From contig JACQJD010000080.1 in the NCBI GenBank assembly GCA_016198185.1, positions 1 through 56,183 on the forward strand: a stretch of 56,183 nt of DNA, written 5' to 3'. Every line of letters starts with the position of its first letter. Position 1 is the first letter of the stretch. The notes beneath the pieces were generated by a model. That model had not been told where the DNA came from and made no database searches. It worked only from the letters and a program-made list of their open reading frames with translations. The stretch comes from Deltaproteobacteria bacterium (GTDB lineage: Bacteria; Bdellovibrionota; JACOXK01; 2-02-FULL-40-11). A program made the position numbers and the translations under genes. Positions 41,353 through 49,719 of this stretch are shown here, piece by piece.

Positions 41353-41399
41353 GATAAAAATACAATGAGAGAAGTTTGAAAGTCAATGAATAATTTTTT

Positions 41400-41837
41400 A
41401 TGTTAACCTTAACCTTAAGCCAAACCAATGAATATGCCTTACGGGCAATGTCTTATTTGGCTCATGCCGGTGGAAAGATACCGCTCACGGCCACGAAAAT
41501 TTCACGTGAGACAAAGATTCCCCAACATTATTTATCAAAAATAATGAAACTCATGGTCAATGCGAAGTTGGTGCATTCTCAAAAAGGGCATCGAGGAGGA
41601 TTCGTACTTGCAAAACCACGAACGAAAATTCGTTTTTTCGATATCATTGTTGCCACGGGATATAATCCCAACCCCAATCGATGTGTTTTTGGATGGGCGA
41701 CTTGTAATCCCAAACTCCCTTGTATGCTGCATCACGCTTGGAGCGAGCTCAATACAACTTTTAAAACATGGGCTTTGGAAAAAACGTTGAATGACATTTA
41801 TCCAGAAAATAAAACAGCAAGACAGGTTAAGTCATAA
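41400..41837 (+). CDS. Rrf2-family Fe-S transcriptional regulator
   Basis: EYALRAM, YLSKI, S.KG..GGF.L wHTH; C-x6-C-x5-C-x2-H cluster motif. Confidence 0.93.
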   Translation: MLTLTLSQTNEYALRAMSYLAHAGGKIPLTATKISRETKIPQHYLSKIMKLMVNAKLVHSQKGHRGGFVLAKPRTKIRFFDIIVATGYNPNPNRCVFGWATCNPKLPCMLHHAWSELNTTFKTWALEKTLNDIYPENKTARQVKS

Positions 41838-42547
41838 GCATTTGTTTTTTGGGAAGCTGCCGTCACCAACGTTTTCGATAGAGTTTCAAACTTCTGCACG
41901 TTGTTCAAATGGTCGTGTATTTCTGTATCGCTTAAAGCATTGAGTACCCCTGAAGAAAGCAACAGGTAAATGTCTTTGACTTTGGGAACTTTGGTGTCAA
42001 TGCTTCGAATGCTTAAGGGATCGCTTTTACCCATAAATTGCAGCGGAATATTGGTATGTGCATGCGTGGGCTTTATTTTTTTATATTCTGCCAAAGAATC
42101 ATCTTGCGTCAGCTGAAAAAGATCTGACTTTCTATAAAGATAGGCTCTGCAATTCCCCACATTGGCAACGATAAAACGATCGGCCAAAGTCATAAGCAAA
42201 AGAACACTCGATCCCATATTTTCAAAGACATGATCATAGCGAGCACGTTCAACAATTTTGGTATTGGTTTTTAAAAGCAATAAACGCACATAATTTTCTT
42301 CTAAGGTTAAATTTTCTTGTTTTTCAAACGGCCACGTGGCCTGGGTTTCCATTGAAAAGGAGTGGGCAAATTGAGGAATGAGTGAACACGCCATTTGGCT
42401 CGCAAGTACCCCTCGGTCATGACCCCCCAATCCATCACTCACAACATAAATGCCGGTTTCAGAATCAATTCGAAACACATCTTCATTGATTCCTGTTACA
42501 CGATTTCCCAGAGAATACCCATGCGCAATGAAACGATTTTTATTCAT
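41798..42547 (-). CDS. PP2C-family Ser/Thr phosphatase, probably degenerate
   Basis: NED and DGLGG retained; NVGDSR reads NVGNCR, DHS reads DDS, SDG reads SSG. Confidence 0.85.
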   Translation of the reverse strand: MNKNRFIAHGYSLGNRVTGINEDVFRIDSETGIYVVSDGLGGHDRGVLASQMACSLIPQFAHSFSMETQATWPFEKQENLTLEENYVRLLLLKTNTKIVERARYDHVFENMGSSVLLLMTLADRFIVANVGNCRAYLYRKSDLFQLTQDDSLAEYKKIKPTHAHTNIPLQFMGKSDPLSIRSIDTKVPKVKDIYLLLSSGVLNALSDTEIHDHLNNVQKFETLSKTLVTAASQKTNAYDLTCLAVLFSG

Positions 42548-44480
42548 ATTTTTTTAATTTCCGTTGTGCTTTCTCATAAAATTCATCGGACGGCGGAATA
42601 TGTTCCACAATCCAACGAAAGCGCTGTATCGCTTGATCCACACGGCCTACATTTTCATCAATGACCGCTTCGGTATATTCCCGTTTGGCGATTCCATGTA
42701 ACGCAACAAAAATTCGATCTAACAACTTTTGAGCCTCTGGATGAGAAGGATATTCCTTTAAGACCACTTCTATGATTTCTTTTGCTTGCATATATTCCTT
42801 GGAATCCAAAAGATTTTTAGCTTTATGGATAGCTGCCAGATGTTGCTGTTCAAGTTGTGCTTTGGTCATGGTAATAAATTGCTCTGCTTTGGCATAATGC
42901 TTGGGATCAATTCCTTCCATTTTAAGCACCTTACGCCAGACTTCCAATGCTTGAAGCTTTTTTCCGTTTTGATCTAAGATGGCCCCTTTTGACAACCAGT
43001 CTTCTGCTTTTTTATTTTTTTGGAGCATTGAAGTATCTTTCGGCTCTTGTTGCGGCTTCCGGACTGTTAATTTTTCTTGAGCCACCGATCTTTTCTCGGC
43101 TGCCTCTGGATGTTCGGGTTCCAGTTCCAAAATCTTATCATAGGCCTCCACTGCTTTTTGCCACTGCCCCCGATTAAAATAATCCAGAGCAACGGCAAGA
43201 TGTAATTTAATATCTTCCTTTAATTTTTCTTCTTCAATCTTTGCCTTTCTTTGTGACTCAAAAAAATTCTGTTGAGAAAGCGTCTGATTCACAATTTTTA
43301 AAAACTTGATGGCTTCCACATACTGAGGTGCCATATTCAGTGCTTCTTGCGTTGCAATTTGAGCATGAAGATATTGTCTGTTTTTATAAGCAGCTTTGGC
43401 TTCTTGCAATTTTGCCAACACATACTCTTTATCTATTTTAGTCAAATGAGAAAGTTCATCTTTAGCACTGGGGACACGCGTAAGAGGCCCTTCGGAAACG
43501 GTTAACGTCGGATCTGAAGCAGGCCTCGGGGGCTGAATTTGGGTATAGACGATGAGCAATGCCCCCAGTGCCCCCAATGCAAATAACATTTTTTGACGCT
43601 GCGTAAAGGTTCGTCTCATTTTTGAAATCCCATAGCGAGGCGATGGTGATCGCCACTCTGGAACAATTTTTGAAAGCGCGGTATCTGCCTGTACAAGCGT
43701 CGTAGGGGACTGAAATGAAAGTTCAACAATATCTTCATCACACAACGCAAACTGCAACACACTGTCCCCCAATTGAATATGGTCGGAACTTTTTAAGAGA
43801 TGAGGGGATGTAATCTTTTGATGGTTCACATAGGTACCATTCATGCTGTTTAAATCTTCAAGTACATAGCCTTCTGCTTGAAGTAAAATTTTGGCATGTT
43901 CTCTCGAAATTTTGTCGTCATCCAAAAAAAGATCACAGGCAGCATCTCTGCCGATAACCATTTCCTTTCCTTGAAGATCGTAGCTGGTATGTGGACTCTT
44001 TCCTTCTAGAACCATCAATTTTGCTTTAATACGATGGCTTGAGATCATTGTTTCATCGGTACTTTTGGGAACAGCCTTTTTTTCATGCCCCATCGTTTCG
44101 TCTAAAATAATGGGAAAATCCTCAAGGGATTCCTCTGTCTCCGATTTTATGACTGGTACTGCCTCGCCAGCAGAAGTTTCTGGAATGCTTTTGTTTTCCA
44201 AAAGAATGGTAAAGGGAGGGATTTCAAAGGTAGCAGGTAACGTTAACGCCGTCTCTTTTTCAAGAGGAATGTTTTCAAAGAACACTTTTCCAGTTGCTGT
44301 TTTTTTGACTAACTTTAAACTATCTTCTTCCAATATAACAGCGGCATGTTCTCTCGAAATATGCTGTTCATCTAAAACAATTTCACAAGTCGCACCTCTT
44401 CCCAAAGTAATGGGAAGTTGCGTCAGGAGGCCCTCGGAAATTTTTTTCCCATTTTTTAAGAGCGTCCAGCGAATGTTCAT
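42540..44480 (-). CDS. double FHA - TM - TPR protein
   Basis: Two GR...SxxH FHA domains (second with NGT), a single TM, periplasmic TPR helices. Confidence 0.9.
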   Translation of the reverse strand: MNIRWTLLKNGKKISEGLLTQLPITLGRGATCEIVLDEQHISREHAAVILEEDSLKLVKKTATGKVFFENIPLEKETALTLPATFEIPPFTILLENKSIPETSAGEAVPVIKSETEESLEDFPIILDETMGHEKKAVPKSTDETMISSHRIKAKLMVLEGKSPHTSYDLQGKEMVIGRDAACDLFLDDDKISREHAKILLQAEGYVLEDLNSMNGTYVNHQKITSPHLLKSSDHIQLGDSVLQFALCDEDIVELSFQSPTTLVQADTALSKIVPEWRSPSPRYGISKMRRTFTQRQKMLFALGALGALLIVYTQIQPPRPASDPTLTVSEGPLTRVPSAKDELSHLTKIDKEYVLAKLQEAKAAYKNRQYLHAQIATQEALNMAPQYVEAIKFLKIVNQTLSQQNFFESQRKAKIEEEKLKEDIKLHLAVALDYFNRGQWQKAVEAYDKILELEPEHPEAAEKRSVAQEKLTVRKPQQEPKDTSMLQKNKKAEDWLSKGAILDQNGKKLQALEVWRKVLKMEGIDPKHYAKAEQFITMTKAQLEQQHLAAIHKAKNLLDSKEYMQAKEIIEVVLKEYPSHPEAQKLLDRIFVALHGIAKREYTEAVIDENVGRVDQAIQRFRWIVEHIPPSDEFYEKAQRKLKKYE

Positions 44481-45463
44481 GGTGCTTGGCCTCTTTCTTT
44501 TGATTTTGCTTCTTCAATTTTTTTCAAACTGTCACAATATTTTTCAAAATCTGGGTTCTCCAGCATCGATTGTTCCGCACGAATGTCACAATACCCTGTT
44601 GCAGGCGCACGTCTGGCCAAAAGGGCCATCACCTGTTGGAAGTGGTGGACCGCCAATGCATATTGAGCACTGTTAAAATAATTAATCCCTGATTTGTAAT
44701 GTTGATTAACACTCTCTGTGATTTCTTGCTCCACTTTATCCAAATGAATCTTGGCCAAACGATGCTCTGGATAAAGTTCTAAAGCAGCTTTGAAATCGTC
44801 TAAGGCGCGCAAATAATTCTTGGAAAGCCATTCCCGATAACCAGAAAGATAGAGTTGATTCGCTTTTTCATAGTTAATGGCATAACTTTCTCGGCTAATG
44901 TCTGGCAAGGCCCCTTCGAGATTTAAATCAGAAGAAGGTTCAAATTCATTTTTTTTATCTCCCGCTGGTTTCCGCTGAGGAAGCGGCTGGAGCAGAATCC
45001 AAAGCAATGCTAAAACAAAAATCCCTCCCCCGCCATACCAAAATAAGTGCTTCATGGAGGAATGGCTCTGTGGTGGGGAACTGGCTGAAATAGGTTCCGT
45101 TTGCAGCCCCGTCGTTTCGTGGAATTCTGTCACTGGCTGTGCTGTAGAGGCTAGATCACAAAATCGAAATACGTGTTTTCCAATTTGAATCACATCTCCG
45201 TTGTTTAGTTTTTGATTTAAAATTTTTTGTTGGTTCACCAAGGTCCCATTCGGTGTGTTGAGATCCATCAAATAGTAGGCCCCTTCTTCATACGTAAGAT
45301 GTGCATGATGACGCGAGACACGTTGATCCTCGAGAACAACTTCATTGTCTTGAGATCTTCCAAAATGAAGTGTTTCCAAGGAAAGCTCAATCTGAATTCC
45401 CTTTTCTGAAGGGGATAATCCTTCCAAAAATGGCTTGCGTAGATTGTGGTTACTCATACCCAT
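44477..45463 (-). CDS. FHA - TM - TPR protein
   Basis: FGRS...VSRHHA...PNGT FHA; TM; TPR helices. Confidence 0.9.
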   Translation of the reverse strand: MGMSNHNLRKPFLEGLSPSEKGIQIELSLETLHFGRSQDNEVVLEDQRVSRHHAHLTYEEGAYYLMDLNTPNGTLVNQQKILNQKLNNGDVIQIGKHVFRFCDLASTAQPVTEFHETTGLQTEPISASSPPQSHSSMKHLFWYGGGGIFVLALLWILLQPLPQRKPAGDKKNEFEPSSDLNLEGALPDISRESYAINYEKANQLYLSGYREWLSKNYLRALDDFKAALELYPEHRLAKIHLDKVEQEITESVNQHYKSGINYFNSAQYALAVHHFQQVMALLARRAPATGYCDIRAEQSMLENPDFEKYCDSLKKIEEAKSKERGQAP

Positions 45464-46980
45464 TCCATCCTCTTTAACTGAACAATGTAATAATCAATAA
45501 GCCTGTCACTGTTTTGAGCGGCCGAAATTTTGATTTGGTACTTTTCCTTTTGGATTTCTAATTCTTCAACACTGCTTTGTCCGGAAGCAGCTTGTCCCAA
45601 TCCATGGGAGAGATTACGTAACAAATCTTGGTTTTCAATCATGTCTAAAATATTTTTTTCCCGAATCTCTTCATTGTCTTTTAAATTTGCCAGGCGATAA
45701 AAGATGGGGTTGGCATAAACAACCTCATAGGTATCACTTAAGATGACCACCCCTTCTGGTAAGGAAGTTAGTAAGCTTCTCAAGATTTCGTCGCTGTTAT
45801 GGGAAGAGCTTATCTCTTGGGAGGCTTGTTCGGAAGGTGTCATTTTTGAAACCAAATCTCTGGTCTTTTTGAGCACTTGATTAATGGATCCCACAATTTG
45901 AGACATGTCTTCAAATTTTGTTTTGAGCTCCAAAGGACGATACCCCTTTTGAAAAGAAGTTTTTATCTCCTGATACACTTGTCTAAAGATATGAGATGTA
46001 AAATGATGCAACAAAAAATAAAAAACACTCGCCAACAAAAAACTAATGATAAAGGTTTTTAAAATAAAACTTTGCTTCTCGCCTTTCAAAAATCCAATTT
46101 CTTCTGTATTAAACACTGCTTGAACAACAGCGGCCACCCTTTGAACATTGTTTTTTTCATCAAATTGAAAAATGGGATAAGAAATCAATGCTCGACGATC
46201 ATTGAAAGGTTCAACGAGCAAAGATTGGGCTTCCACCCCTCTCAAAACGGCCCCCACCGCATCCACGCTCTGATCCAGTCGTTCAGCTGGAGACACAATT
46301 TTTTTGGTTTGTGGATTAACAATGTTTACAGATAAAATGCGTTCATCATAACGTCCAAAATCGGTGCTCAAATGAAACGTATCATATATTAGCACACCAT
46401 TTTTGAGCTGGATAAATTTTCGATTTTCATCTGCAATTTTTTTGAGGATAAACTCACCCCGTTTGGTGGCTTCCAAATAAAGTTTTTGTTGCGCCGTATG
46501 CATCAGCCAGGGGGTGGTCAATAAAAAATTAAGAATGACAAACAGTCCAAACAAAAGAAGGGTAAAGTATTTCCATTCGATATGCCTGGATACAAATTCT
46601 AAAAAGGGTTCATACCAAATCATTCTTTTAGGTTCAGACACAATAGGGGTACGGCGTTCCAGATATTCTTGAGGCTCTATGAAATGGGGTAAGAGTTGAA
46701 CAACCACATCATAAAAAGAAATCCGATCGCCCAATTTTAATTCCTTTTTTTCAATCTTTACACCATTCACATAAACACCATTACGACTGTCCAAGTCTTG
46801 AATCCAAATTTTGTTTGGCTCAACGGTCACCACAGCGTGTTTTTTAGAAATACCCTGAGAGTCCAATGGAATATCGCATTCGGATGCTCGTCCAATGGTA
46901 TTGGGACCTTCTTTGAGTAAAAATTCTTTTTTCGAAGAAAGACCTTGCATTAAAACAAGTTTAACCATGCTTTTCCTCAA
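45454..46980 (-). CDS. FHA - TM - periplasmic - TM - HAMP/PAS-like protein
   Basis: IGRA...SKKHA...RNGV FHA; two TMs; LPEGVVIL....VYANP PAS-like end; no kinase domain. Confidence 0.88.
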   Translation of the reverse strand: MRKSMVKLVLMQGLSSKKEFLLKEGPNTIGRASECDIPLDSQGISKKHAVVTVEPNKIWIQDLDSRNGVYVNGVKIEKKELKLGDRISFYDVVVQLLPHFIEPQEYLERRTPIVSEPKRMIWYEPFLEFVSRHIEWKYFTLLLFGLFVILNFLLTTPWLMHTAQQKLYLEATKRGEFILKKIADENRKFIQLKNGVLIYDTFHLSTDFGRYDERILSVNIVNPQTKKIVSPAERLDQSVDAVGAVLRGVEAQSLLVEPFNDRRALISYPIFQFDEKNNVQRVAAVVQAVFNTEEIGFLKGEKQSFILKTFIISFLLASVFYFLLHHFTSHIFRQVYQEIKTSFQKGYRPLELKTKFEDMSQIVGSINQVLKKTRDLVSKMTPSEQASQEISSSHNSDEILRSLLTSLPEGVVILSDTYEVVYANPIFYRLANLKDNEEIREKNILDMIENQDLLRNLSHGLGQAASGQSSVEELEIQKEKYQIKISAAQNSDRLIDYYIVQLKRMEWV

Positions 46981-47338
46981 TTCGTAATTGGGTTGCGACT
47001 TTCAATTTCCAAAAATCGATGGTTCCGGCCGGCCATTCAATGGCAGATCGTGCTTTAAAATGAGGCCACGTCATACGATAGGGCTGTAACGCAGGATACA
47101 ACGCAACAATGATATTCTTGCTATCCATAAAGGCGACGTCAATCGGGTATTTCATAAAAAAGGTATCAATCATGAAACACCCCGGAGAAAGAATTAAAGC
47201 TTCCTGGGAACGCAAGGGAGGTTTTCCCAAAAGACCAAATATTCTCTCCCAAAGACTTTCGGTCCCTGTTGCTTGCGATGAAATGCACTGATCCCCGTAA
47301 AAAATGGAATAGCCTGTCTTACAAGAAACCGCCACCAA
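46961..47338 (-). CDS. DUF192-family protein
   Basis: ERIFGLLG, IDTFFMKYPIDVAFMD, EWPAG. Confidence 0.88.
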   Translation of the reverse strand: MVAVSCKTGYSIFYGDQCISSQATGTESLWERIFGLLGKPPLRSQEALILSPGCFMIDTFFMKYPIDVAFMDSKNIIVALYPALQPYRMTWPHFKARSAIEWPAGTIDFWKLKVATQLRIEEKHG

Positions 47339-48230
47339 TGTTAATGCCTCCTTTTAAAAATTGAACAATCAGTTTGGCAAGAATTGGCCCCAGAACCACA
47401 ATGAAAACAGCTGGTACAATAAACAAAATGGTCGGTAGCAATATTTTTTGGGATGCTTTGGCGCCAGCTTTTTCAGCTGCAATAAACCGTTCCACCCTAA
47501 TTTGATCGGATTGTTGTTTTAAAACAGTGCTGATATTAGCACCCATCTGATCTGCGGTCACCAGCACCGCCACCAAAGAGGAAATTTCAGACATGCTCAG
47601 ACGATCGGCCATATTTCTAAGTGCTTGAGCACGGGTATTGCCAACTTGAAGTTCCTTGAGAACTTGTTGCAATTCTTCAATTAAAGGGCTGGGCATTGCT
47701 TTTTGGACCACACGCTGAAGTGCTTTCATAAAGTCTAATCCCGCTTCGGTACAAAGACTCATGAGATCAATCACAAAGGGAATGGCCAAACGAATGTGAC
47801 GCTCACGATTTTTAATGATGTTTTGAATCCATAGATTTGGAAAAAGCCATCCCAGCGACGAAAAGATCAAAAGGATCCAAAGGGGATGGGTCAGTTTCAA
47901 AGTCAAATTATACGCCAATGCTGCTAACGGTAATAAGAAGGTTAGAAAAATTTTAAGCCCCAAAAATTCATCTGCTGTTAAGCTATCGGAAAGACCCGCC
48001 TGAACCAGAAGTTTCTTTTTATGTTTTCGAAAAGCATCTATTTTTAGGTTGCCAATGGAAGGCAGTAAATAAATTCGTATGATGGGGAGCGTCAGACGCA
48101 AAACCAAAGATTCAGAAATAACAGCCGTTTTAGCTTGGGTAGGGAGATTTGCTCCTTTTCCCATCCTAAAAAATTGATACGAAATGATAAATACGCTCAA
48201 TCCTATTAAAATACTTGCCAAAATAAGCAT
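47319..48230 (-). CDS. tadC: Tad pilus platform protein TadC
   Basis: IDLMSLCTEAGLDF..AL, AEKAGAKASQKILLP; start reassigned to the ATG at 48230 behind GAGGA. Confidence 0.93.
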   Translation of the reverse strand: MLILASILIGLSVFIISYQFFRMGKGANLPTQAKTAVISESLVLRLTLPIIRIYLLPSIGNLKIDAFRKHKKKLLVQAGLSDSLTADEFLGLKIFLTFLLPLAALAYNLTLKLTHPLWILLIFSSLGWLFPNLWIQNIIKNRERHIRLAIPFVIDLMSLCTEAGLDFMKALQRVVQKAMPSPLIEELQQVLKELQVGNTRAQALRNMADRLSMSEISSLVAVLVTADQMGANISTVLKQQSDQIRVERFIAAEKAGAKASQKILLPTILFIVPAVFIVVLGPILAKLIVQFLKGGINIGGGFL

Positions 48231-48249
48231 ACGGATATCCTCATGTTCC

Positions 48250-48277
48250 CTATCGGCATAAAAGATCAATAAGATGA
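48250..48277 (-). promoter_or_regulatory. sigma28 (FliA)-like promoter of the tadC-FHA operon
   Basis: Minus strand TCATC-N15-GCCGATAG; near-consensus -10, weak -35. Confidence 0.55.
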
Positions 48278-48319
48278 GTCAAATAGGAATTTATCCTCAT
48301 TTATGGTATTGAAATTTTA

Positions 48320-49243
48320 ATGGACCTCGTAAAGCGTTTCTTCGAAAAAGATTTAAAAGCCTTAACCAAATTAATTTCATGGGTGGAAAATCAATCTCCG
48401 CAAGTCCTTGAAATCATGCCTAAAATTTACAAACACATTGGCAATGCCAAAATCATAGGGATTACCGGCCCTCCGGGAGCAGGTAAGAGTTCTTTGGTAG
48501 ATCAACTTATTTTTGAGCTAAGGAATCAAAATTTGAAAGTGGCCGTTTTGGCAATTGACCCCTCCAGCCCCTTCAGTGGAGGAGCTGTTTTGGGGGATCG
48601 TATCCGAATGCAGTCTCATGCCAATGATGCTGGCGTTTTTATTAGAAGCGTTGGATCACGGGGATCTTTTGGAGGGCTCTCTCGAACCACGAAAGAAATT
48701 GTACGCGTTTTTGATGCCTTTGGATTCGATGTCATCTTAATAGAAACGGTGGGGGTTGGCCAAACCGAACTTTCCATTATGGAAGTTGCGCATACCACCG
48801 TTGTCATGCTGGTACCTGAATCTGGCGATACGGTACAAACCCTCAAAGCAGGACTTTTAGAAATCGCGGATATTTTTGTTGTGAATAAAGCCGATCGACC
48901 CGATGCCCAAATGATGGAACAGCAACTCAAAGAAATGGTTCAACTTCAACATGAATCTCGACTGTTTTGGGCGATTCCTGTTTTAAAAACACAAGCCCAT
49001 AAAGGCATTGGCGTTGCAGAGCTGTGGCAAAAAATAATGGAGCACGAGAAAGTCTTGAACGATCAAAAAGGTCTCTTAGAAAAGAAAAAAGCACAAGAAC
49101 GAAAATTAGAATTTATTGAAATACTCATTCATGAACTTAAGCGAAAACTCTTAAAACATCTTCCAACCCATGAGATAGAGCAGGGGACCAAAGATCCTTA
49201 TTCTGCAGCACAAGAAGCACTAAACAACATTCAAATTAAGTAA
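48320..49243 (+). CDS. meaB: methylmalonyl-CoA mutase-associated GTPase MeaB/ArgK
   Basis: GPPGAGKS, DPSSPFSGGAVLGDRIRM, ETVGVGQ, NKAD. Confidence 0.96.
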   Translation: MDLVKRFFEKDLKALTKLISWVENQSPQVLEIMPKIYKHIGNAKIIGITGPPGAGKSSLVDQLIFELRNQNLKVAVLAIDPSSPFSGGAVLGDRIRMQSHANDAGVFIRSVGSRGSFGGLSRTTKEIVRVFDAFGFDVILIETVGVGQTELSIMEVAHTTVVMLVPESGDTVQTLKAGLLEIADIFVVNKADRPDAQMMEQQLKEMVQLQHESRLFWAIPVLKTQAHKGIGVAELWQKIMEHEKVLNDQKGLLEKKKAQERKLEFIEILIHELKRKLLKHLPTHEIEQGTKDPYSAAQEALNNIQIK

Positions 49244-49244
49244 T

Positions 49245-49283
49245 AAAAAAGGCGCAAGAGTTTCAAATACTTTGCGCCTTTTT
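49245..49283. terminator. bidirectional intrinsic terminator
   Basis: AAAAAAGGCGCAA...TTGCGCCTTTTT between convergent genes. Confidence 0.85.
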
Positions 49284-49303
49284 AATTCTATTTTAAATTT
49301 TAA

Positions 49304-49576
49304 TCATGATTCATCTGGATATTCTTCAACATCTTCATCAGGAGAAGATGGTTGCTCAGCAGAATTTCCTTCATCTGCGGGCTCTTCTATCTTCCCAGAT
49401 TCATCGGATGGAGCAGGATACTCTTCCACTGGAGGTTGCCCTTCCTGAGTTGTCCCTGGAGCAACTTCTTCCGTGGATACCCCGGCTTTTTCTTGTTGCT
49501 TTGTAAACAAATAATATCCAATACCAGCCAATCCCAAAAGAACTACAATTAAAATAACAATTGATTTTGTACTCAT
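49304..49576 (-). CDS. small membrane-anchored acidic disordered protein
   Basis: AAGGA RBS; one N-terminal TM; E/P/S-rich tail with VEEYP occurring twice. Confidence 0.75.
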   Translation of the reverse strand: MSTKSIVILIVVLLGLAGIGYYLFTKQQEKAGVSTEEVAPGTTQEGQPPVEEYPAPSDESGKIEEPADEGNSAEQPSSPDEDVEEYPDES

Positions 49577-49719
49577 ATCGTTTCCTTTCTAATGAAAAAA
49601 CATTCATGAATGTATAACAGAAAACCCCTCCCATGGGAAGTATTTAGTAAGTCATTAAAAACCAGAATTCCTATGGTTGGGTTACCTTTTTTGAACAGCC
49701 CACCCACGGGATCAACAGT

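Noticed and set aside
32101-41837. Block as a prophage or integrative element
   Set aside because: No integrase, transposase, att-like direct repeats or phage genes were seen; it can only be called an accessory block.
44065-44676. 203-aa plus-strand ORF
   Set aside because: Antisense shadow of the FHA genes with no motifs. The same applies to other short antisense or alternate-frame ORFs such as 1837..2340, 28866..29354 and 26684..27088.
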